Virus record (IMG/VR): IMGVR_UViG_3300027749_000060 | Span: 1-64,000 of that record | Strand: one strand, 5' to 3' | DNA from: a virus | DNA length: 64,000 nt | Shown here: one piece after another, positions 37,011-44,878 of the stretch | How positions within the stretch are numbered: the stretch's first letter is position 1 | How the letters are laid out: each line of letters begins with the position of its first letter | Translations under genes and position numbers: made by a program | The notes under the pieces: model-generated | What the model saw: the letters and a program-made list of their open reading frames with translations, nothing else | Told to the model about the DNA's origin: nothing | The model's database searches: none

Positions 37011-38750
37011 TTATACCACACCTGGCATTGGGGCATTTGCACCGCCTCCCATTGGGGTTGCACCACCACCTGCACCCACTCCGGCAGCACCGGGCATAGC
37101 ACCAGGCATGCCCAGGTCGCCGCCTGGCATACTGCCATCCAATCCAGGCAATGCTTCGGCATTGGTCATATCTCCGCTGATTGCACCTGGTGTGATGCCT
37201 ACGCTACGTAAACCAACATCGTTCGCATCACCGGCAGTTTTTGTTTCCCCTTGCTCTTCAAGCCAAGCTTCTTCGTTTTCGCTCATCTCTTGTTCGTTTA
37301 GTCCCAAATAACGTTTCATTAAGAATCTCTTAGAGAAATACGGATATTGCTCTAGCTGCGTATATGTATTAATACGTGCTGCATCGACTTCTGTTTGACG
37401 ATATTGTGCAAAATTCTGCGGTTCATTGAGGTCTAATGTAAACAATTGACTGTCTATATTAATACCTCTCCAACGCATAAACATCTTAAATTCGGTGTCT
37501 AGTTTACCAACAATCATGTTTTGTAATCTAACACAATAACGATTAAAACGCCACTCTTGAATTAAAGCAGTGCCTACTCTGCCGTCGGTAATTGACGCTG
37601 TTCCGTCATCTGCACCAGTTGGTAAATAGCTGCTGGGAATACGCAAGCCACGGAATAACTTGTTAGTAAAGAAACGCAAGTCCGTAATTTCGCCCAAATT
37701 TTGTCCACCTTGCAACACTTCAACTTTGCTGCCACGTCCTTCGGCTGTTTGCGGAAAGAAAAAGTCTTCGTTAGTGGATATGGGATTGTATGTAGCATCC
37801 ATCATATTGGCGCCGCCGCCAGTCTGACTAGGAATTCTACGTTGTTGAATTTCGTTTTTAACACGCTCAACAAAGGCCATAGCCATATGACTCGGCATAT
37901 TACCAACGTCTACATAAAATGCCCTGCGTTCTGGCGCACGTTGCACACGATAAATGATAATAGCATCTTCAATAAGTTCTTTTTGTTTGAACACTTTGAA
38001 AATGTTTTCTAATACGCTATTACCAAAAGGCCAATTGACATCGAGCCCTTCAGTTAAACTTAAATGTACTATATGTTCTGCATTTATTGCAGATTCGTTT
38101 TGTGCTTTTTGGAATCTGCTACCGCCGGTATAAGGTGCAGCAGGTTGTATATAAGAACCGTTTGCTCCGCCTACTTGCGGATGGTTTGAATATACATCGG
38201 ATGTGCTTACCGCAGTCACAGTTAAATTTTGAAAATTGGGCTGAATATCTTTTAAAATATATTGTTCAGGTTCTTTGCCTTGCGTTTCGTTTACAATAAC
38301 CTTAACTACTTTACCCATTTCTACCCACATGAGCTCAAATGTTTCTGGGTCACGCACAAATACTTGATCGCCGTATTTTAAAGTATTTCTGACAATTTTA
38401 AATATTCTTCTATTAAATTCGTTCAATGATACCCATTGTTGTAATTGCTCTTTAATGATGTCAACTTCATTATCTGTTGGTTTTTCTTTATAATTTAATT
38501 TAAAAGGTAATCCAGTGGTTGCATCAGGTTGGCTACTGAATTCAGCTAAAATGTCCAATGCAGCGTTTACTTCCGAGTCTTGGTCCATTTGTTCGTATTG
38601 ATTGTATCTTTCAAGACGGTTTGGATGCCCAACATATACCTCTGGTAAATTACTTTGATAATTCCTGTATGAAGGGGTATTCCCAGATTGCAATGGCACA
38701 GGACTAAGCATTGCTGGGTTTGGCGATTTAAAGTATTTTTTCCAAGACAT
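37011..38750 (-). CDS. gp20: Portal vertex protein (gp20-like)
   Basis: EDAIIIYRVQRAPERRAFYVDVGNMP, EDFFFP....GRGSKVE.L.GG.NLGE..D..FF..KLF..L.IP.S motifs. Confidence 0.95.
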   Translation of the reverse strand: MSWKKYFKSPNPAMLSPVPLQSGNTPSYRNYQSNLPEVYVGHPNRLERYNQYEQMDQDSEVNAALDILAEFSSQPDATTGLPFKLNYKEKPTDNEVDIIKEQLQQWVSLNEFNRRIFKIVRNTLKYGDQVFVRDPETFELMWVEMGKVVKVIVNETQGKEPEQYILKDIQPNFQNLTVTAVSTSDVYSNHPQVGGANGSYIQPAAPYTGGSRFQKAQNESAINAEHIVHLSLTEGLDVNWPFGNSVLENIFKVFKQKELIEDAIIIYRVQRAPERRAFYVDVGNMPSHMAMAFVERVKNEIQQRRIPSQTGGGANMMDATYNPISTNEDFFFPQTAEGRGSKVEVLQGGQNLGEITDLRFFTNKLFRGLRIPSSYLPTGADDGTASITDGRVGTALIQEWRFNRYCVRLQNMIVGKLDTEFKMFMRWRGINIDSQLFTLDLNEPQNFAQYRQTEVDAARINTYTQLEQYPYFSKRFLMKRYLGLNEQEMSENEEAWLEEQGETKTAGDANDVGLRSVGITPGAISGDMTNAEALPGLDGSMPGGDLGMPGAMPGAAGVGAGGGATPMGGGANAPMPGVV

Positions 38751-38775
38751 TTTAAATGAATCTCTCTATTAACTA

Positions 38776-38782
38776 TATTTAT
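38776..38782 (-). promoter_or_regulatory. Late promoter core (ATAAATA)
   Basis: tatttat on plus strand 26 nt upstream of the portal ATG. Confidence 0.6.
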
Positions 38783-38805
38783 TACTAATGATATAGCGTT
38801 ATGTT

Positions 38806-41800
38806 TTAATATGCTGCATTTAATAACTGTCGGGTATTATTGTTGCCTTCGGTTAGTAAATTTATTAAATTATCAGTTTTTGTTATACTAGTTTCCATTG
38901 CTAGTAATTGTTTACTTACTAATTCAAGTAACTGTTGCTGATCAGACCCTATAGGAGCAGATATTGGTTCGTTGGTTAGAGATTTTGGTTGAACTTGAGT
39001 TGCTTTTTCTGCTTGAACATTTTTATCCCTGAGTTCCCCAATCATTCTAGACAAAGCACCATCTAACTGTTGATTGCTATCAACTATTAACGATTTTGAT
39101 ATACTATCAAAACTTTTATTAATTTGATTTGGAGAATCTTGATTTGTTAATAATAACTGTGATGTGTTTTTATCTGTTGATACACCTAACGCTAACATTT
39201 GATCAAATGTTTTTTGTATAGACGTTGAACCCAAGTCAAATTGATTAGTTGACATTGCCGAATTGAACATCTTATCAGTTAGTGTTTGAAATTGTGTAGT
39301 TTGATCGGTTGATTGTTTGCTTGCAGTACCACTGAAGTTAAGTAACTGCCCCATTGTAGTTTCCATTTGTGACATCAATGAGTTAGATTGCGCAGTATCT
39401 GCTTTTGTATTATTACCAAAAGAATCAATTGACGATTTTAATTGTGCAGTTTGATCTGCAAACTGTGCGGTGGGTAATTTAATAGCACCAGACATCTGAT
39501 CAATCGACGATTTTAATTGTGCAGCTTGATCTGCAAACTGTGCGGTGGGTAATTTAATAGCACCAGACATCTGATCAATCGACGATTTTAATTGTGCAGC
39601 TTGATCTGTAAATTGTGTATTAGGTGCTTTAACAGAACCAATCAATTGATCAATTGAAGTTTTTATTTGCCCAACTTGAGTCGCAACTTGTGCAGTGGGT
39701 AAATTTGCAGAACCAATCAATTGATCAATTGAAGTTTTTATTTGGCTAGCTTGATCTGCAAATTGTTTATCTTGCCCGTTGGGTAATTTAACGGCAGTAG
39801 CCAATTGGTCAATTGACGTTTTTATTTGTCCTGCTTGATCTGCAAATTGTGCGTTAGGTGTACTAATAGATCCAATTAATTGAGTGATTAAACTTTTTAT
39901 GTCACTGGTTTGATTTGCAAACTGTGCATTGGGTAAATTAACAGCACTAGTCAATTGATCCATTGAAGTTTTTATTAAACCAGCTTGATCTGCTACTTGA
40001 GTATTCTGTACGTTAGGCAGTTTAACAGCAGTAATTAATTGATCAATTGATGTTTTTATTTGACTTGACTGATCTGCAAACTGTGCATTGGGTAACTTAA
40101 CAGCATCTAATAATTGGTTAACTATGCCTTGTAATTGAGTATTTTGCCCCAACGACTGTTGATCCATGGATTTACCAATGGTAGTTAATTGATCAATTGC
40201 CAATTTTGTAACTTCTGCGTTATTTGATCTAGACATTTCTGCCGAATTCATTTGATCAAATATAGTTTTAAGTTGTGGTGCAAAATCAGTAAAGCCCGGA
40301 GGCATCATTGATTCAACTTTAATGTTAATATCTTTGTTCAGTATGTCAGATAACTTATTTGCTCCGCTTGATAACAAGGTCTGCAGAGAAGTACCAGCAG
40401 CAGACAAGCTAGAAAAAAACTCTTTAAATGGAGTTTGAGCTTGCTCGTTTGCTGTTGATATAATACTACTAGGAGTAGCAAGCCCTTTATTGTATTCATC
40501 GGTTTCAGCTCGATTTAATACACGCTCACCTTCATGTATTAATAAAATTTTGGTACTGGGTTCAGCAGCGGCACCGTAACGTTTGCCTGTTCCATCCAGT
40601 CTGGTATTTTTAGGTTTACTAAAAAATCCCTCAATTGCGCCGCCAATACCGCCAATTATGCCGCCAATTACGGTTCCAGTAGCTGCTCCGCTATAAAGAC
40701 CTGCGCCTGCGCCTATTACTGTACCAAAGCCAGGACCAACAGCACTTCCGGCTATACCGCCGGCGACCATGCCAACGCCAGCACCTGTTTCAGCACCAAA
40801 TGCGGCGCCATCGGCGGCGCCGCTAAGAGCGCCCGCTTTTACTCTATCAAACGTACTTCCCCCACCTGCAGCGGATGCTGCACCGGTGCTACTGCCTCTA
40901 TCGTGTATCTCTTTGGCAATTTCAGCAAATGTCTCTTTTATGCTTTCAAGCATTGCTGCGGTTACCGACGCATACCCTTTAATCAATGGATCCATGGCCG
41001 ATTGTAAATCTAGTGCCATTTTTTGCGATGCTTGCAGTGCTTTCATCAGATCATTAGTTAACTCGTCTTTGGTAGTTTCTTGCCCTTTGGTGCCTTGTTC
41101 GGCCAATTTTTGTGCATCGGCAGTCCATAAATTTCTGAATTTCAACTCATCGCCCATTACTTTAGATAAATCAGTAACAAACCCACCAATACCTGCCATA
41201 CCTGCCATACCAATATCCGACTGCTTGAGCATGTCATCTTTAATTTGGCCAGTATACTGCCCATTTATACGTCGTTGTTCAGCATCATCAAGTTTACCAG
41301 CTTGGAATGCTTTATAGCTGGAGGTAACACTGTCGGTTAATCCTTGACTCATTGCTGCCGCTGCTGCGCCTTCTTTGTTAATAACACTGCCAAACATGAC
41401 CATGTCCATGAAGTTTTTGCGCTCCAATTCACTCATGTTACCCATCGCACCAATAACACCCTTGCGCTGATTTTCATCCATGCCGGCTAGTTTTTGTTGG
41501 AAACCAAGTTGACTGGCTTGATCTCTAACTCTTGCCATTCTTTGTTTTGCATCTTCGCCAGTAATAGCAGATATTATTCTTAAATTTTCAGCATATTTTT
41601 GTGTTTCTGCTGCAATTTGCGTGTCTGTGGCCTTTAAGGGTCCACCAGACTGACGCATATCTTTCATGGTTTCTGCCACTAAACCAGCTTGATCTTCTAA
41701 ACTGTATCCCAAATTTAATAGGCTGCGTTGCATTGTGTCGCCACCAGCTTTTAGTGCTGCACCTACTTTTTTAATGCCGCCAGATACACCCAATCCGGAA

Positions 41801-42618
41801 CCTGCTAGGGTACTTGAATTTTCTTGTACTACTTTAGCAAATTGATTTACTGTTAACCCAGCTGCTAAGGATGCATCACGCATGCCTTGTACACCGTCGG
41901 CAAATAGAGCACCACTGGCACTCATTGTCATAAACGATTCTACTGATTTTTTTAGTTCTGCACTCAGAACTTCTATACCAAATTTAGCTAGTTTGCTTGC
42001 CGATTCGCTGAAAAAACTAAGTGCAGTCCCTGCTGCCATTAGCCCTAATCCAAATAGTTTTGCTTTTCCTGTGCCATGCATCAGGGCTTCGCCCAGGCCT
42101 TGTGCACCTCCAGCCGCAGCTTGTAGTCCACTGTTAGCAACATCAACGCCAGCGGTCATTATTCCAGCAGCTACATCTATACTAGACGCACCGCTTTGTA
42201 GATTTTTTACAAAAGTCCCAGCGCCACCTGCGGCAATTTGTCCTATCGCTGCACTGGCTTTTTGCAATCCTATAGTAAAGTTAATGGTTGCCGCTTTAGC
42301 ATTAGCTTCAAAATTTTCTTTAGCTATCTGGGATTTCTCCCACATGAGAGTATCTTTTTCAGTTTTTTTAGTAGTTTTAGATATCTGTTCGTCTAGTTTT
42401 TTTAACTCATCTGATATATCCCGATATGGTAATTTTTGATTTTTAATTACACTACTAAAAAATCCAGTGTCCTTTGAAGCTTGCCTGATAGTCTTTGACA
42501 GACGTAACAGCGCATCATTGGCTTCTTGTGCCCGTGCTGCATCTTCCGCACTGGTGCGAGTCTGTATGCCTGCTTGTAACGCTTGAACAATTGCTTCTGC
42601 TAATCTAGTTTCATCCAT
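38806..42618 (-). CDS. Tape-measure-like protein
   Basis: 1270 aa helical Ala/Gly/Gln-rich protein, glycine-zipper hydrophobic segment (GAGVGMVAGGIAGS...IGGIIGGIGG), LIHEGERVL motif; divergent from a gp26-like chaperone. Confidence 0.75.
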   Translation of the reverse strand: MDETRLAEAIVQALQAGIQTRTSAEDAARAQEANDALLRLSKTIRQASKDTGFFSSVIKNQKLPYRDISDELKKLDEQISKTTKKTEKDTLMWEKSQIAKENFEANAKAATINFTIGLQKASAAIGQIAAGGAGTFVKNLQSGASSIDVAAGIMTAGVDVANSGLQAAAGGAQGLGEALMHGTGKAKLFGLGLMAAGTALSFFSESASKLAKFGIEVLSAELKKSVESFMTMSASGALFADGVQGMRDASLAAGLTVNQFAKVVQENSSTLAGSGLGVSGGIKKVGAALKAGGDTMQRSLLNLGYSLEDQAGLVAETMKDMRQSGGPLKATDTQIAAETQKYAENLRIISAITGEDAKQRMARVRDQASQLGFQQKLAGMDENQRKGVIGAMGNMSELERKNFMDMVMFGSVINKEGAAAAAMSQGLTDSVTSSYKAFQAGKLDDAEQRRINGQYTGQIKDDMLKQSDIGMAGMAGIGGFVTDLSKVMGDELKFRNLWTADAQKLAEQGTKGQETTKDELTNDLMKALQASQKMALDLQSAMDPLIKGYASVTAAMLESIKETFAEIAKEIHDRGSSTGAASAAGGGSTFDRVKAGALSGAADGAAFGAETGAGVGMVAGGIAGSAVGPGFGTVIGAGAGLYSGAATGTVIGGIIGGIGGAIEGFFSKPKNTRLDGTGKRYGAAAEPSTKILLIHEGERVLNRAETDEYNKGLATPSSIISTANEQAQTPFKEFFSSLSAAGTSLQTLLSSGANKLSDILNKDINIKVESMMPPGFTDFAPQLKTIFDQMNSAEMSRSNNAEVTKLAIDQLTTIGKSMDQQSLGQNTQLQGIVNQLLDAVKLPNAQFADQSSQIKTSIDQLITAVKLPNVQNTQVADQAGLIKTSMDQLTSAVNLPNAQFANQTSDIKSLITQLIGSISTPNAQFADQAGQIKTSIDQLATAVKLPNGQDKQFADQASQIKTSIDQLIGSANLPTAQVATQVGQIKTSIDQLIGSVKAPNTQFTDQAAQLKSSIDQMSGAIKLPTAQFADQAAQLKSSIDQMSGAIKLPTAQFADQTAQLKSSIDSFGNNTKADTAQSNSLMSQMETTMGQLLNFSGTASKQSTDQTTQFQTLTDKMFNSAMSTNQFDLGSTSIQKTFDQMLALGVSTDKNTSQLLLTNQDSPNQINKSFDSISKSLIVDSNQQLDGALSRMIGELRDKNVQAEKATQVQPKSLTNEPISAPIGSDQQQLLELVSKQLLAMETSITKTDNLINLLTEGNNNTRQLLNAAY
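39420..40120. repeat. 75-bp (25 aa) coding tandem repeat, ~9 copies, some 28 aa
   Basis: gacgattttaattgtgcag at 39431, 39506, 39581; unit QFADQAAQLKSSIDQMSGAIKLPTA with degenerate flanking copies. Confidence 0.9.
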
Positions 42619-42634
42619 GGCCAGGTTTTTCCCG

Positions 42635-42662
42635 ATAAATATATTACTAACTTATATTTATA
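42635..42662. promoter_or_regulatory. Face-to-face late promoter pair
   Basis: Plus-strand ATAAATA at 42635-42641 and minus-strand TATAAATA at 42655-42662 in the 56-nt divergent gap. Confidence 0.7.
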
Positions 42663-42674
42663 GGATTTCAAATA

Positions 42675-43523
42675 ATGGAAAATCAACGCAAAAACCCACT
42701 AGCTGGGCACTTTAGACAACCGGCTATTTACTTAACATTACCCAGCAAAGGTCGATGGTGGGGTGAAAATGCTCTAAATATGCCAGCAAACCAAGAAATA
42801 CCCATTTATCCAATGAGCACCAAAGATGAAATTATACTCAGAACACCAGACGCATTGCTAAATGGCCAGGGTATTATAGAAGTTATTCACAGTTGTTGCC
42901 CAAATATATTAGATGCATGGCAAATGCCTAGCATTGACGTAGATGCTGTGTTAATAGCAATACGCATTGCCACCTACGGCAATGACATGAATTTTGATAG
43001 TAAATGCACACATTGTGGTGAAGATAATACACACGGGGTAGATTTAAGTGAGCCATTGGCTAGTTTAAGATGTCCTAACTATGCCGAACCATTAGAACAT
43101 AAAGGCTTAAAAATAAAGTTTAAACCACAACATTATTTTACTGCTAATAAATCAAATGTTTTAGAGTTCCAAGAACAAAAGATATTAAATTTACTAGCAG
43201 CAGCAGACATGGATCCAGAAGATAAAGCAGTGCAAATAAAACAGGCAATGGATAAACTTTTTGATCAAGGCCTCAGGGCCTGTACGGACTGCACAGATCA
43301 TATAGAAATGGAAGACGGCCAGCAAGTACATAATACTGACTATATCTTTGAATTCTACACAAACGCTGAAAGCGGACTAATCCGCGAAATACAAGCTAAA
43401 GTACAAGAGTTTAGCAATCAAGCTAAACCTGATGGAATAGCACTAGCATGTCAGGAATGCCATAAACCATACGAGGTAGAACTAGCGTTCGATTACGCAA
43501 ATTTTTTCGGAAGAGGCTTTTAA
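42675..43523 (+). CDS. gp26: Baseplate hub/tail assembly chaperone (gp26-like)
   Basis: YLTLPSKG, PM..KDE, D.D..L.AIR....G, two CxxC pairs (CTHC, CQEC) and C-terminal NFF. Confidence 0.8.
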   Translation: MENQRKNPLAGHFRQPAIYLTLPSKGRWWGENALNMPANQEIPIYPMSTKDEIILRTPDALLNGQGIIEVIHSCCPNILDAWQMPSIDVDAVLIAIRIATYGNDMNFDSKCTHCGEDNTHGVDLSEPLASLRCPNYAEPLEHKGLKIKFKPQHYFTANKSNVLEFQEQKILNLLAAADMDPEDKAVQIKQAMDKLFDQGLRACTDCTDHIEMEDGQQVHNTDYIFEFYTNAESGLIREIQAKVQEFSNQAKPDGIALACQECHKPYEVELAFDYANFFGRGF

Positions 43524-43741
43524 CTTTAAACACTGACGCAGAGGTCATCAAGTTCTTAGAGAGATATGACCGAGAAGTAAAAGCCTTAAAAGAAGAAACA
43601 TTGCGTATGTGCTGGTATATGAGAGGAGGAGTATCTTATAATGAACTCATGGAAATGAGCAACATTGAAAGAACTATCATTGGGGATATTATTAAAAGCA
43701 ATTTAGAAACTACTAAAGAATCCAAATTGCCTTTCTTCTAA
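43499..43741 (+). CDS. Downstream -1 frame segment (gp51-like position), probably translated as a frameshift extension of the gp26-like gene
   Basis: Not in the ORF track. -1 frame open 43466-43741: KFFRKRLLTLNTDAEVIKFLERYDREVKALKEETLRMCWYMRGGVSYNELMEMSNIERTIIGDIIKSNLETTKESKLPFF*; slippery A AAT TTT TTC at the overlap. Confidence 0.7.
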   Translation, partial: KFFRKRLLTLNTDAEVIKFLERYDREVKALKEETLRMCWYMRGGVSYNELMEMSNIERTIIGDIIKSNLETTKESKLPFF

Positions 43742-43754
43742 TATTCTTTATCTA

Positions 43755-44200
43755 TTCGAGACTTGCTGTGCAAGTCTATTGCTATCGCTATCGCTCAGCA
43801 ATATTATTTCTTCTAATCTAAGAAACAATTCTAAATACTTTTAATTCGGATATATTATCTAGATGTAGATCACAATTCGGCCCAGCAGGCCAAAATTGTG
43901 ATCGAGACATTATCTGAGTGCCTTCAACACACTAACTATAAGAGATTGCTTGCTGGTGCAAACACGGAGGCGGTCATCCTGTACCCCCTACTCTAGATTC
44001 GATTATGACGGTACACTATACAATAACTAGTTAGCGCCATTGTTAGTGCTTGGGTTGTATATTTTTTACAGAGCCCAGATCATTTAATACCTTACGTTGG
44101 TATCTTACCGTACAGCTCCTAAGTCTGCGGGTGTTATTTCACACACACTCAATAGGGATCGAGGTACCTCGATCAAACGACGCTGCTATAATAATTTGCC
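43755..44200 (-). ncRNA. Candidate large structured non-coding RNA (class unknown)
   Basis: ~450 nt with no credible ORF, at least ten compatible helices, a long-range closing helix and a 9-bp pseudoknot; G-U pairs form only on the minus strand. Ends approximate. Confidence 0.6.
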
Positions 44201-44722
44201 TTAGCGGCTGGATTTACATAGTTGTTCTATTGATTCGGAATTTTTATTCCAGAATGATTCAAAGTCTTGGATGATCCATGTGCCATAATTAGGAGAGATA
44301 TACGTGGAGTAATTGGGATTTAGTGATAGACTTGGTGTCGGTTGACAGGCAATATAAGTGCCTTTGCGATTAAATTTCATGAGTAATATATTGAAATCGC
44401 CAGTGTTGGCCACTTCTAATAACTGCCCAATCCATTTTTCTAATATAGGTATTGTACCTTGATAAAGTTGATGGAATGGAAAATCAGCATAACTCTTTGC
44501 TTCCGCATTAAAATATGTCCAAGATTCCGGGGGAACAATATCTCCTTTGAAACTCTTAACTTGACTTGCATCAAGACTTGCTTTTCTAAAAGAATTTGTT
44601 CCGCCAATGTACGCTCCGCTGTGTGGTGCTCTAATAAAAGAGGCATTGTGGCGCTCAGATAGAAATTTGGCAACTACACGTTCCCAGGAATTTCCTTTAT
44701 TTTTGCTTTTTGATCCACTCAT
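44201..44722 (-). CDS. PD-(D/E)XK nuclease, Holliday-junction-resolvase-like
   Basis: SKNKGNSWER.VA..L, R.P.SGA, GDI, EAK motifs of Hjc-like phage resolvases; follows gp46. Confidence 0.8.
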   Translation of the reverse strand: MSGSKSKNKGNSWERVVAKFLSERHNASFIRAPHSGAYIGGTNSFRKASLDASQVKSFKGDIVPPESWTYFNAEAKSYADFPFHQLYQGTIPILEKWIGQLLEVANTGDFNILLMKFNRKGTYIACQPTPSLSLNPNYSTYISPNYGTWIIQDFESFWNKNSESIEQLCKSSR

Positions 44723-44781
44723 TGATTTTTGTACCTTGACTATTACTTAGCTTAATTCTCTGTATCTGTGTATTTTTTATT

Positions 44782-44866
44782 AAAAAAACTGCGGCTGGGT
44801 GGCCAACATGATGGACTAAAGTATTGTATTATATTTTTATTATATAGTATTCGTCCCAGCCGCAGT
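44782..44866 (-). other. 12-bp GC-rich inverted repeat with 55-nt AT-rich spacer followed by a U-tract
   Basis: actgcggctggg (44788-44799) / cccagccgcagt (44855-44866). Confidence 0.7.
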
Positions 44867-44878
44867 AAATCTGTGTAA

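Noticed and set aside
43755-44200. Group I/II intron, tmRNA or RNase P RNA
   Set aside because: It is not inside a gene, and I could not find group I P7 (R/S) elements, group II domain V, tRNA-like ends or the RNase P GAGGAAAGUCC motif. A covariance search is still needed to exclude distant relatives.
44050-44274. 74-aa plus-strand ORF within the structured region
   Set aside because: TTG start without SD, overlaps the nuclease gene antisense, and has no recognisable protein features; RNA structure explains the sequence better.
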